Part shown: in pieces, positions 41,602 through 51,397 of the stretch | Numbering within the stretch: position 1 is the first letter of the stretch | How the letters are laid out: each line of letters opens with the position of its first letter | DNA from: an uncultured Acidimicrobiales bacterium | Lineage (GTDB): Bacteria; Actinomycetota; Acidimicrobiia; Acidimicrobiales; DATKAS01 | Direction: 5' to 3' | NCBI GenBank assembly: GCA_963739555.1 | Contig: CAVUAV010000012.1 | Coordinates: 135,581-199,580, forward strand | Length of the DNA stretch: 64,000 nt | Position numbers and translations under genes: made by a program | The notes under the pieces: model-generated | The model's database searches: none | Seen by the model: only the letters and a program-made list of their open reading frames with translations | Told to the model about the DNA's origin: nothing

Positions 41602-42442
41602 CGGAACCGCAGATCCTGTTCGAGGGCTTGTCGTTCGGCGAAGGGCCGCGCTGGCACGAGGGACGCCTGTGGGTGTCCGACTTCCACACCCACCGCGTGC
41701 TCGCGATCGACGACGCCGGCGCGGCCGAGACGATCGTCGAGGTGCCCAATCGGCCATCGGGCCTCGGGTGGCTTCCCGACGGCCGGCTGCTCGTGGTGTC
41801 GATGACCGACCGCAAGCTGATGCGGCTCGATCCGAGCGGTCTCGTGGTGCACGCCGATCTCGGCGGCATCGCGACGGGAGACTGCAACGACATGGTCGTC
41901 GACCAGCACGGCCGCGCCTACGTGGGCAACTTCGGCTACGACTTCGCGGGTGGCGCAGCACTGCAGCTCGCCACGCTCGCGCTCGTGAGCCCCGACGGCG
42001 AAGTGACCTCCGCAGCCGAAGAGCTCGCGTTCCCGAACGGCACTGTCATCACGCCTGACGAGACGACTTTGATCCTCGGCGAGACGTTCGGTCGTCGGCT
42101 CACCGCGTTCGACGTCGCTGCCGACGGCACGCTCTCGAACCGCCGAGTGTGGGCCGAGCTCGGCGACGTGACGCCCGATGGCATCTGCCTCGACGAGGCC
42201 GGGGGCATCTGGGTCGCGGATCCAACGAACTCGCAGTGCGTCCGCGTCGTCGAAGGGGGAGAGGTCACCGATCGCATCCCCACCTCACAGGGTTGCTTTG
42301 CCTGCATGCTCGGCGGCGCCGATGGACGCACGTTGCATCTGATCACCGGTCAGCTCACGGGCGATGTCGAGCGTCTCGTTGGGGAGCGACCCGGCCGAGT
42401 CGAGACGGTGCGCGTCGACGTCCGGGCGCGGGTCGACCGTGA
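41598..42442 (+). CDS. SMP-30/gluconolactonase/LRE family protein. Probable 1-nt deletion near 42422.
   Basis: '[27 protein letters not shown]', '[17 protein letters not shown]', '[27 protein letters not shown]' and '[15 protein letters not shown]' are present. Restoring one C in 'gtccggg' gives the typical ending 'VDVPGAGRP*' with TGA at 42440-42442. Confidence 0.8.
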
Positions 42443-42459
42443 CCACCTACGCTGCCCCG

Positions 42460-43197
42460 ATGGACAACGACGTCAAGCTCGGCATCGACATCGGCGGCAC
42501 GGGCATCAAGGGTGCCCCCGTGAGCTGTGAGACAGGCGAGCTCACCGCGGACCGGTTCCGGCTGCTCACTCCCAAGCCGGCGACGCCGACGGCTGTCGCA
42601 GGCATCGTCGCGGAGGTCGTCAAGCACTTCGACTACAAGGGCAGCGTCGGCTGCACGTTCCCTGCGGTCGTGAAGCACGGGGTCATCGAGACCGCGTCGA
42701 ACGTCGACAAGTCCTGGATCGGCACCAATGCCCGTTCGATCTTCGAGGACGCGACAGGGTGCACGTTCACCGTCACGAATGACGCCGACTGCGCGGGTGT
42801 CGCCGAGATGAGGTTCGGCGCCGGCGCGGGCCGGCAAGGCGTCGTGATCATCGTGACCCTCGGCACCGGCATCGGCACCGCGGTGTTCCACAACGGCGTG
42901 CTACTGCCCAACACCGAGCTCGGTCACATGGAAGTCCGCGGCAAAGATGCCGAGCGCCGCGCGGCCGACAGCGTCCGCGAGGCCAAGCACCTCGACTGGA
43001 AGCAGTTCGCGAAGCGCGTCGACGAGTACCTCGATCATCTCGAGGCCGTGCTGTGGCCTGACCTCATCATCATCGGAGGTGGCGTGAGCAAGAAGGGAGA
43101 GAAGTTCATCCCGCTGCTCACTCCACGTTGTGAGGTCGTCGCCGCCAAGCTCCTCAACGAGGCGGGCATCGTCGGCGGGGCGCTCACCGCCGGATAG
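42460..43197 (+). CDS. ppgK: Polyphosphate/ATP glucokinase (ROK family)
   Basis: '[15 protein letters not shown]', '[18 protein letters not shown]', '[25 protein letters not shown]' and '[15 protein letters not shown]' are present. Confidence 0.9.
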   Translation: MDNDVKLGIDIGGTGIKGAPVSCETGELTADRFRLLTPKPATPTAVAGIVAEVVKHFDYKGSVGCTFPAVVKHGVIETASNVDKSWIGTNARSIFEDATGCTFTVTNDADCAGVAEMRFGAGAGRQGVVIIVTLGTGIGTAVFHNGVLLPNTELGHMEVRGKDAERRAADSVREAKHLDWKQFAKRVDEYLDHLEAVLWPDLIIIGGGVSKKGEKFIPLLTPRCEVVAAKLLNEAGIVGGALTAG

Positions 43198-43211
43198 TCG
43201 GCGGCTGAGAG

Positions 43212-45158
43212 TCAGCGCCTGAGCGCGCGCCGAGCTCGTAGCAGCTCGGCCACCGACCACGCCTGGAACGGGCATCCCGTCGCGCCGTGGGGCGCGTCGC
43301 CGTCGGCGGTCTCGGAGACCGAGCCGAGGCCCCACTCGCCGAGGTGGGCGACGAGCCCGTCGATCGATGGGGAGGCGTCGCCAGTGGCGATCGCGGCATC
43401 GACGAATGGGCCGATCAGCCACGGCCAGACCGTTCCCTCGTGGTACGCGTGGTCGCGCTCAGCGGGGCCGCCGCGATGCTGCCCGACGTACGCGGGGTCG
43501 GTGGGAGACAGCGAGCGGAGGCCGAGCGACGTGACGAGCTCGGTGCGGCACCGGCGCACGACGGCTTCGGCGACCTCGTTCTCGGCCGTGACCGTCGAGT
43601 TGAACGGCGCGTACGGCAGCGAGATCGCGAGCAGCTGGTTCGGGCGGATGGCGCCGTCGTCGGGGCCTGTCGTGCCGACGACGTCGAGCAGGTGGTCACC
43701 GCGGGCGAAGCGCTTGACGAACGACCCACGGGCGAACTCGTAGAGCGACTGCCAACGGCCCGTGTGGCGACCGAGGCGATGGTTCAGGTCGGTGATCGTT
43801 CCCAACGCGTTGATCCAGAGCGCGTTGATCTCGACCGCCTTGCCGGCGCGTTGCGTGACGGGTTGTCCGTCGACGCGCGCGTCCATCCACGTCAGCGCCC
43901 ATCCCGGCGCGCCCTGCTGGAGCAGGCCATCGCTCGGGTCGACCTTGATGCCGAACCGCGTGCCGTGGGAGTGGGCGTCGATGATCCCGTCGAGCGAGCC
44001 GTTCAGCTTCGCGAGGATGTCGAGGTCGCCGGTGGTCGCGACGTGCCGCCCGACCGCGTGGATGAACCAGAGCGTGCCGTCAGCGGTGTTGTACTCGAGG
44101 CCACCCGCATCGGCCGTGTTCGCGAGCATGCCTTCCGACAGCGTCGCCGCCGACCGCAGCAGCAGGTCGCGCCCTTCTTCGTGGCGGCCCGTCGCGAGGA
44201 ACAGCCCCTCGTACGAGGTCATCGTGTCGCGCGACCACTCGCCGAACCATGGGTAGCCGGCGACGACGGACGGACCGGTTGCCGTCGAGACGATGAACTG
44301 ATCCGCGGCGCGGGCGAGGATCGCGTCGACGTCGTCGCTCACGCGCGCGGTCGCCTCGATGCGGCCGGCGCACGCTCGCGCACTCGCGACGATCTCCGAG
44401 GCACCCGGCGGCGCCTGGTTGAGGTCGCCCGCCCAGGCGACCACGTCGGCGGAGTCTCCGGGCGAGAGGGTCGTCACGAACGTCCCCGTCGCCCACAGGT
44501 CCTCGGTGTCGGCGAGGCCGCGCTCGGCTTCGGCTCGCGCGCGCACATCCCGGTACCACGATCCACCGGGCGCCCACTCGGGGCCGCGCACTCGATAGGC
44601 GTGTTCGAACACGAAGCCATCCGACGTCGTCTCGACTGTGGGATCGGCTCCGGCACGGCGGTCGCTGTGTCCGTCGCGCCACGTGCACAGCGGCGTGATC
44701 TCGATGCGCACGGGCGATGACGCCCGCACGAGTCGATGCCGCACCGCGACCGCGGGTCGACCGTGCATCATCGCGATCTCGCGCTCGAGCACGACGTCGC
44801 CGATCACCCAACGCCAGCGCGGCACGCCATCAGTGAGCGAGAACGACTCGATGTCGCGGTAGCCGACCGGGTCGACCACGCCACCGGCCCATTCGTCGGT
44901 GGCGAGGCGGATGTGCCGGTCGCCGACGACGAGCGTCGCGTCGAGCGCGGCGAGCCCGAGCATGCGGCGACTCACGCCTGCATCGCCGGTGCCGTTCGCG
45001 GCGCTGCCGGCGACCATCAGCAGCCCGTGGTAGCGGCGCGTGCGGAGGCCCGCAACCGTGCCCATCGCGTAGCCGCCGAGTCCGTCGGTGACCAACCACT
45101 CGCGGCTCGTCGCCTCGTCGAGGGAGCCACAGACCTGTCGGCCGAACTCGATGATCAT
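43212..45158 (-). CDS. Glycogen-debranching-enzyme-type protein (GDE N-terminal domain plus amylo-alpha-1,6-glucosidase (alpha/alpha)6 domain)
   Basis: The start is taken at 'MIIEFGRQV' (ATG 45158). 'EWLVTDGLGGYAMGTVAGLRTRRYHGLL', 'GYPWFGEWSRDTM', 'LEYNTADGTLWF', 'ALTWMDARVDG' and 'YHEGTVWPWLIGPF' are present. Confidence 0.88.
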   Translation of the reverse strand: MIIEFGRQVCGSLDEATSREWLVTDGLGGYAMGTVAGLRTRRYHGLLMVAGSAANGTGDAGVSRRMLGLAALDATLVVGDRHIRLATDEWAGGVVDPVGYRDIESFSLTDGVPRWRWVIGDVVLEREIAMMHGRPAVAVRHRLVRASSPVRIEITPLCTWRDGHSDRRAGADPTVETTSDGFVFEHAYRVRGPEWAPGGSWYRDVRARAEAERGLADTEDLWATGTFVTTLSPGDSADVVAWAGDLNQAPPGASEIVASARACAGRIEATARVSDDVDAILARAADQFIVSTATGPSVVAGYPWFGEWSRDTMTSYEGLFLATGRHEEGRDLLLRSAATLSEGMLANTADAGGLEYNTADGTLWFIHAVGRHVATTGDLDILAKLNGSLDGIIDAHSHGTRFGIKVDPSDGLLQQGAPGWALTWMDARVDGQPVTQRAGKAVEINALWINALGTITDLNHRLGRHTGRWQSLYEFARGSFVKRFARGDHLLDVVGTTGPDDGAIRPNQLLAISLPYAPFNSTVTAENEVAEAVVRRCRTELVTSLGLRSLSPTDPAYVGQHRGGPAERDHAYHEGTVWPWLIGPFVDAAIATGDASPSIDGLVAHLGEWGLGSVSETADGDAPHGATGCPFQAWSVAELLRARRALRR

Positions 45159-45229
45159 CGGGCGACCTCCTCGTGCCATCATCGCCCGCCGGGGCGCCGA
45201 AGGGAAAGCGCCGTCGAGGAAGCAGAGCC

Positions 45230-47857
45230 ATGGCATCGGACGGTTCGACGGGCGGCGCCGAGCGGCTCCGCCTGCAAGAGGCCGAGCACGGCCTCGTGCC
45301 CTGGAAGCGCTGGGGTCCGTACCTCGCGGAGCGGGCGTGGGGCACGGTGAGGGAGGACTACAGCCCATATGGCACTGCCTGGGAGTTCTTCCCTCACGAC
45401 CACGCTCGGTCCCGCGCCTACCGCTGGAACGAGGACGGCCTGGCCGGCTGGTGCGACGACCGTCAGACGCTCTGCCTCGCGCTCGCGTTCTGGAACGGGC
45501 GAGATCCGATCTTGAAGGAGCGCATCTTCGGGCTCACGGGGAACGAGGGGAACCACTCCGAGGACGCGAAGGAGTACTGGTGGTTCGTCGACTCGACGCC
45601 GACACACTCGTACCTGCGCTGGCGGTACCACTACCCGCAAGCAGAGTTCCCGTACGGCGACCTCGTCGCGGAGAACGGACGACGCACCAAGCTCGACCCG
45701 GAGTATGAGCTGATCGACACCGGGGTGTTCGCCGACGACCGCTACTGGGCGATCGAGGCCGAGTTCGCGAAGGCCACGACTGACGACGTGTACGTGAAGG
45801 TGACGCTCACGAACGCCGGGCCCGACACCGCGACGATCGACGTGCTGCCCACCCTGTGGTTCCGCAACACCTGGGCGTGGGGGATCGACCCGCGCAAGCC
45901 GTCGATCTCTGTCGAGGCCGGATACGTCATTGCCGAGCACCACGAGCTGGGTCGGTACGTCCTCGAGCTCGAAGGCGATCCGGACCTTCTGTTCTGCGAC
46001 AACGAGACGAATGCGCAGCGACTGTTCGGCATCCCGTCGCCGCCATTCCCGAAAGATGGCGTCAACGACCACATCATCCACGGCACCGCGACCGTCAACC
46101 CCGACCGAGTCGGCACGAAGATGGCTGCTCGCTATCGGGTCACAGTCGAAGCGGGCGCCAGCGCGGAAGTGCGCTTCCAGCTCGGGCCCGCGTCGAACCG
46201 CGAAGAGGACACGTTCGACGAGATCATGACCGCTCGGCGCGCCGAGGCCGACGCGTTCTACGCGCGCATCACGCCGGCGGGAGCGACCGAGGACGAAGCG
46301 CGGGTGCTCCGGCAAGCCTTCGCGGGGATGCTCTGGTCGAAGCAGTTCTACCACTTCGACGTCGAGCGCTGGCTCGACGGAGACCCGTCGATGCCGCAGC
46401 CACCACGCGAACGGCTCAACGGGCGCAACAAGGATTGGCGCCACCTCGACAGCCTCGACGTGCTCTCGATGCCCGACACTTGGGAGTACCCGTGGTTCGC
46501 GTCGTGGGACCTCGCGTTCCACTGCGTCGCGCTCGCGCGTGTCGATGCCGACTTCGCCAAGCGACAGCTGCTCCTCCTTCTGCGTGAGTGGTACCAGCAC
46601 CCGAACGGCGAGCTGCCCGCGTATGAGTGGGCGTTCAGTGACGCCAATCCGCCGGTTCACGCCTGGGCCGCGTTCCAGGTGTTCCGCATCGACGGGCAGC
46701 GCGACTTCGGCTTCCTGAAGCGGGTGTTCCACAAGCTGCTCATCAACTTCACCTGGTGGGTCAACAAGCAGGACGAAGCCGGCAACAACGTCTTCGAGGG
46801 CGGGTTCCTCGGTCTCGACAACGTCGGTCCCATCGACCGATCGGCCGCGATGGCGCCGGGTCAGATCCTCGAGCAGAGCGACGGCTCGGCGTGGATGGCG
46901 CGCTACTGCCTCGATCTGCTCGAGATCGCCGTCACACTCGCGATGCACGACCGCGCCTACGAGGACGTCGCGACGAAGTTCTTCGAGCACTTCACCTACA
47001 TCGCGACCGCGATGAACGACCAGGGGCTCTGGGACGAGAAGGACGGCTTCTACTACGACGTGCTGCGCGCCCCGGACGGCACCTCGTTGCCCCTCAAGTG
47101 CCGCTCGATGGTGGGCCTGATCCCGATCACTGCGGCGATGGTCCTGGAGGACGAGGTTCGCTCGAGGCTTCCCGACTTCGCGTTCCGGATGTCGTGGTTC
47201 GAGCGCAACAAGCCCGAGTACGCGGAGGTCGTGGCCCACACCCAGGTCGCAGGGAGCGAGTCGCGCCGTCTGCTGTCGATCGTCGGGCCGACCCGGCTCC
47301 GGCGAGTCCTCGAAGCCATGCTCGACGAGCACGAGTTCTTGTCGCCGCACGGCGTCCGTAGCCTCAGCCGCTTCCACCTCGAGCACCCTCTCGAGGTGAC
47401 CATCGGCGGAGTCGGGGCCCAGGTCGACTACGAGCCTGCCGAGTCGCAATCGGGGTCGTTCGGCGGAAACTCGAACTGGCGCGGGCCGGTCTGGCTGCCG
47501 GTGAACTACATGCTGGTCGACTGCCTGCGCCGCTATCAGCGGTATTTGGGTGACGACTTCACGATCGAGCTGCCCACCGGCTCGGGCAACGAGGTCACCC
47601 TCGGCGCGGTCGCGGACGAGCTGACAGATCGGCTCGTCTCACTGTTCCTGCTCGACGCGAGTGGTCGCCGTCCGTGCTTCGGCGACGTCGAGAAGATGCA
47701 GACCGACCCCTCGTGGCGCGACCACTTGCTGTTCCACGAGTACTTCCACGGCGACAACGGCAAGGGCCTCGGCGCGTCGCATCAAACGGGATGGACGGGC
47801 CTCGTCGCCAACATGATCCTTCGACGGGCCGGGTCAGCGAGTAATTTCTCCTGGTGA
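45230..47857 (+). CDS. GH63-like (MGH1-like) glycoside hydrolase / glucosidase
   Basis: 'WKRWGPYLAERAWGTVREDYS', 'WNEDGLAGWCD', 'ILKERIFGLTGNEGNHSEDAKEYWW', 'WEYPWFASWDLAFH', 'EGGFLGLDN' and 'FHEYFHGDNGKGLGASHQTGWTG' are present. ATG 45230 is preferred over 45173. Confidence 0.85.
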   Translation: MASDGSTGGAERLRLQEAEHGLVPWKRWGPYLAERAWGTVREDYSPYGTAWEFFPHDHARSRAYRWNEDGLAGWCDDRQTLCLALAFWNGRDPILKERIFGLTGNEGNHSEDAKEYWWFVDSTPTHSYLRWRYHYPQAEFPYGDLVAENGRRTKLDPEYELIDTGVFADDRYWAIEAEFAKATTDDVYVKVTLTNAGPDTATIDVLPTLWFRNTWAWGIDPRKPSISVEAGYVIAEHHELGRYVLELEGDPDLLFCDNETNAQRLFGIPSPPFPKDGVNDHIIHGTATVNPDRVGTKMAARYRVTVEAGASAEVRFQLGPASNREEDTFDEIMTARRAEADAFYARITPAGATEDEARVLRQAFAGMLWSKQFYHFDVERWLDGDPSMPQPPRERLNGRNKDWRHLDSLDVLSMPDTWEYPWFASWDLAFHCVALARVDADFAKRQLLLLLREWYQHPNGELPAYEWAFSDANPPVHAWAAFQVFRIDGQRDFGFLKRVFHKLLINFTWWVNKQDEAGNNVFEGGFLGLDNVGPIDRSAAMAPGQILEQSDGSAWMARYCLDLLEIAVTLAMHDRAYEDVATKFFEHFTYIATAMNDQGLWDEKDGFYYDVLRAPDGTSLPLKCRSMVGLIPITAAMVLEDEVRSRLPDFAFRMSWFERNKPEYAEVVAHTQVAGSESRRLLSIVGPTRLRRVLEAMLDEHEFLSPHGVRSLSRFHLEHPLEVTIGGVGAQVDYEPAESQSGSFGGNSNWRGPVWLPVNYMLVDCLRRYQRYLGDDFTIELPTGSGNEVTLGAVADELTDRLVSLFLLDASGRRPCFGDVEKMQTDPSWRDHLLFHEYFHGDNGKGLGASHQTGWTGLVANMILRRAGSASNFSW

Positions 47858-48264
47858 GCTATCCCCGCAAGTGGCTGACGGGCTCGATCGCCGGTGGCGT
47901 CGCGCTCGGCCTCGTGGTCGGCTTCTCGGTGAAGGCGACCAGCGGGGGTGACGACAACAAGACAAACGTCGACACCGGCACGACCGTTGTGGCGCCCGAG
48001 ACATCGGCCGCGAACGGCGACACCACGGTGACCGTGCCTGCCTCTGGCGCCGACACGTCCGCGACGACGGCGACGACGGCGCCGCCGGTCGCGTCCACGA
48101 CCCCCGTGCCTGCGCAGCTTCCGGTTCAGACCACTGCGGCCGCGCCGCCCCCCACGCGGCGGCGACCCCGTCCGACGACCACAGTGCCGCCTCCGCCGCC
48201 TCCGCCTCCGAAGCCCTCGACCACGCCGTTCGTGACGCCGCCGCCGATCCAGATCGGCTCGTGA
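47854..48264 (+). CDS. Membrane-anchored Thr/Pro-rich protein of unknown function
   Basis: A GTGA overlap links it to the GH63 stop. The TM segment is 'LTGSIAGGVALGLVVGF'. A low-complexity T/A/P tail follows, including 'PPPPPPPPKP'. Confidence 0.5.
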   Translation: MSYPRKWLTGSIAGGVALGLVVGFSVKATSGGDDNKTNVDTGTTVVAPETSAANGDTTVTVPASGADTSATTATTAPPVASTTPVPAQLPVQTTAAAPPPTRRRPRPTTTVPPPPPPPPKPSTTPFVTPPPIQIGS

Positions 48265-48314
48265 CGTCTGCGACTTCGTCGCCGTCGTCCGCTTCGCTTC
48301 CGCCGCTCCGCTCG

Positions 48315-49664
48315 CTAGCGCCTGAGCATCTCCGCGATTCGGTACGCGAGATCGAGTGACTGGCGAGCGTTCGAGGCGCGGGTCGCACATCGTCTCGTAG
48401 CGGTCGTCGAGCTGGTGATCGAGGATCTCCTCGGCGCCGCCCAGGCACTCGGTGACGTCGTCCCCGGTCAGCTCGACGTGCACGCCGCCGGGCCACGTGC
48501 CCTCCGCCGCATGCGCCCGGAAGAACGCGCTGATCTCCGCGAGCACGTCGTCGAAATGACGGGTCTTGCGGCCCGAGGAGCTCGTGAACGTGTTGCCGTG
48601 CATCGGGTCGCACGTCCACACGACCGGATGCTCGGCGTCGGTGACCGCGCGCAGCAACGGCCGGAGCTGCTCTTCGGCGTTCGCCGCGCCCATCCGCGTG
48701 CGATCAGGGTGAGACGCCCGGGCACGCGGTCGGGGTTGAGGCGGTCGCAGAGCGCGAGCACTTCGCCCGGTGTCGCGCTCGGCCCGACCTTGCAGCCGAT
48801 CGGGTTGCCGACGCCGCGAAGGAACTCGACGTGCGCGCCATCGAGCCGCCGAGTGCGCTCGCCGATCCAGAGCATGTGCGCCGAGCAGTCGTACCACTCG
48901 CCCGTGAGCGAGTCGGTGCGAGTCAAGGCCTCCTCGTAGCCGAGGATCAGCGCCTCGTGGCTCGTGTAGAAGTCGACCTCGTGGAGCTGGGGGCTGCGGG
49001 CGAGGTCGATGCCACACGCGGCCATGAAGCGCAGCGCGCGTTCGATCTCTGACGCGATCGATTGGTACCGCTGCCCTTCACGGCTCGACGCGACGAACTC
49101 CTGGTTCCACGCGGCGACCCGAGAGAGGTCGGCAAACCCGCCCTTGGTGAACGCGCGCACGAGGTTCAGCGTCGACGCCGACTGGTGGTACGCCTGCACG
49201 AGCCGCTCGGCGTCGGGGGTGCGTGCGGCGGCCGTGGGCGCGATGTCGTTGACCATGTGCCCGCGGAACGACGGCAGGTCGACGTCGTCGATGCGCTCGG
49301 TGGCCGCCGACCTCGGCTTGGCGAACTGGCCCGCGATGCGGCCCACCTTCACGACCGGGACCCCCGAGGAATAGGTCAGGACGACCGCCATCTGGAGGAC
49401 GACGCGCAGCTTCTCGCGGATGCTCACCGCCGAGAAGTCGTCGAACGACTCCGCGCAGTCACCGGCTTGGAGCAGGAAGGCCCGACCGGCGGCGACCTCG
49501 GCGAGAGCCTCGGTCAGCCCCCGGGCTTCGCCCGCGAACACGAGCGGAGGAAACCCGTGGATCTGCTTCAGCGCTCGGTCGAGCGCCCCCTCGTCGGGCC
49601 AGTCGGGCTGTTGATCGGCCGGGAGCCCGCGCCAGGACGACGGCGACCAGCGCTCAGAGTGCAC
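48315..49664 (-). CDS. aroG: Class II 3-deoxy-7-phosphoheptulonate (DAHP) synthase. Two frameshifts (near 48705 and 48352).
   Basis: '[14 protein letters not shown]', '[11 protein letters not shown]', '[12 protein letters not shown]' and 'MLWIGERTR' are in ORF 48468..49808. '[39 protein letters not shown]' is in a second frame. The C-terminus '[17 protein letters not shown]' is in a third. The start is GTG 49664, or upstream to 49808. Confidence 0.88.
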
Positions 49665-49829
49665 GGAGCAAGCGTGGCCGTTCAGGGCGGTGCCGCGCAA
49701 CGCAGTATCGGAGAGGTTGTGGCGGCGCCATGCGGATGGCGACGACGACAGGGCGCGAGATGGCCCGCCGTCCGACGCGTGGGGGGTCTGCGCTCGGAGG
49801 CGGGCCATGACGCCAGCCTGACGGGGGAA

Positions 49830-50657
49830 TCAGGCGGCGAGGATGCGAGCAGCGTCGTCACGAAGACCCGTGACTGCCCGCTTGACGAGGCGGCGGGCGG
49901 CTTCGGCGGTGACGCCGAGCTCTTCGCCGACCTCGCGATAGCTGCACTTCTTGCCATCGACGAGCCCGAAGCGCCGCTCGACCGCGTAGCGGGCGCGGGT
50001 GTCGAGGGTGCCGAGCAGCTCGTCGAGCATGGCTCCCTCGGCCTCGGCGATCACGGCCTGCTCGGGGCCGATCGTGTCGCTCGGGACGAGGTCGCCCAGA
50101 GTGCTGTCGCCGTCGTCGCCGATCGAACGGTCGAGCGACACCGGCGTCGACAGGCGGTGGAGGCGGGCGTTCTCGTCGTCGAGCTCGTCGCCGTCGCCGG
50201 ACACCTGCCGGAGCGCGGCCCGGAGGCTCGCCGAACGGTCACCGGGCAGACGGACGAGGCTGGCCTTCTGGTCGAGGGCCCGACCGATCGCCTGGCGGAT
50301 CCAGAACGTCGCATAGGTGGAGAACTTGAAGCCCCGGCGCCAGTCGAACTTGTCGACCGCGTGCTCGAGGCCCAAGTTGCCCTCTTGCACGAGGTCGAGC
50401 AGATCCATGCCCGGAGGAAGGGGGTAGCGGCGGGCGATGCTCACGACCAGACGGAGGTTCGCCCGAATGAACCGATCCTTCGCGGCGTGGGCGACCCGTA
50501 CGAGCTCCTCGAGCTCGGGGTCGTTGTCGCCGGCGTCGATTCGCTCTTGTGCGGCGCGACCGGCCTCGATCGCGCGGGAAAGCTCCCGCTCCTCTTCTGC
50601 GTTGAGGAGAGAGACTTGACCAATCTCATTGAGGTACAGACCAACAGCGTCACTCAT
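49830..50657 (-). CDS. RNA polymerase sigma-70 family factor (group 2-like, SigB-type)
   Basis: Region 1.2 is 'YLNEIGQVSLLNAEEERELS'. Region 2 is 'ANLRLVVSIARRY...DLVQEGNLGLEHAVDKFDWRRGFKFSTYATFWIRQAI'. Region 4.2 is 'SYREVGEELGVTAEAARRLVKRA'. Confidence 0.9.
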   Translation of the reverse strand: MSDAVGLYLNEIGQVSLLNAEEERELSRAIEAGRAAQERIDAGDNDPELEELVRVAHAAKDRFIRANLRLVVSIARRYPLPPGMDLLDLVQEGNLGLEHAVDKFDWRRGFKFSTYATFWIRQAIGRALDQKASLVRLPGDRSASLRAALRQVSGDGDELDDENARLHRLSTPVSLDRSIGDDGDSTLGDLVPSDTIGPEQAVIAEAEGAMLDELLGTLDTRARYAVERRFGLVDGKKCSYREVGEELGVTAEAARRLVKRAVTGLRDDAARILAA

Positions 50658-50806
50658 GGCGGAATCTGCAACGTGAATTACCCGCTTGTCATTCCCTTTC
50701 CACTACGCGCGAGGCGTGTCACATGCCACACGCCCCACTTTCACCGTCATCGGCCACCCGGCGCTGGACATTTACCCCGTTGGAGGGGCCGATAGCCTTC
50801 GCCTCC

Positions 50807-51397
50807 GTGCGACTGGGCGTGTTCGGTGGGACCTTCGATCCGCCTCACGTCGGCCACTTGGTGACCGCGGTCAACGTCCGCCACGCCCTCGCGCTCGACC
50901 GGCTCCTCCTCGTCGTCGCGAATGTGCCCTGGCAGAAGGTCGGTGAACGGACCGTCAGCCCGGCCGAGGACCGGCTCGCGATGGTCGAGGCGGCCGCCCG
51001 AGGGGTCGCCGGGCTCGAGGTGAGCCGGCTCGAGATCGAGCGGGGAGGGCCGTCGTACACCGCTGACACCCTCGGGGAGCTTCGCCGAGCCCACCCGGGA
51101 GCCGAGCTCTTCCTGATCGTGGGCAGCGACGCCGCCGGCGGGCTGACCACTTGGGAGCGCGTCGACGAGGTGCGCGAGCAGTGCACCGTCGTCGTGGTCG
51201 ACCGCCCCGGCGCCGAGGGTGAGCAGCCACCACCCGGGTGGCGGTGGGAACGTGTAGAGGTGCCACGCCTCGACGTGTCCAGCACTGACCTCAGGGCACG
51301 CGTCGCCGACGGCCGGCCGCTCGACTTCCTCCTGCCACCTGACGTCATCGCGTGCATCCGCACGCGGGGGCTCTACGCGACTGTGATGCAGTCGTGA
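50807..51397 (+). CDS. nadD: Nicotinate-nucleotide adenylyltransferase
   Basis: 'LGVFGGTFDPPHVGHL' is the (H/T)xGH motif, and 'GPSYTADTL', 'FLIVGSDA' and 'VSSTDLRARV' are also present. GTG 50807 is preferred. The ORF formally opens at 50723. Confidence 0.88.
   Translation: MRLGVFGGTFDPPHVGHLVTAVNVRHALALDRLLLVVANVPWQKVGERTVSPAEDRLAMVEAAARGVAGLEVSRLEIERGGPSYTADTLGELRRAHPGAELFLIVGSDAAGGLTTWERVDEVREQCTVVVVDRPGAEGEQPPPGWRWERVEVPRLDVSSTDLRARVADGRPLDFLLPPDVIACIRTRGLYATVMQS

Noticed and set aside
41049-42530. An apparent 493-aa fusion protein (PLP-enzyme C-terminal half plus SMP-30 domain plus tail overlapping ppgK) in the ORF track.
   Set aside because: It is an artefact of frame changes. The PLP gene ends in frame 1 at 41601 with a classic '...VLFTG*', SMP-30 has its own ATG at 41598, and a 1-nt correction near 42422 restores a normal SMP-30 stop at 42442.
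50723-50806. A longer nadD beginning at ATG 50723.
   Set aside because: - The extra 28 residues ('MPHAPLSPSSATRRWTFTPLEGPIAFAS') precede the canonical N-terminal 'GVFGGTFDPPHxGH'.
- They lie in the divergent promoter region shared with the sigma-factor gene.
- GTG 50807 gives a typical NadD N-terminus. The longer form is not excluded.
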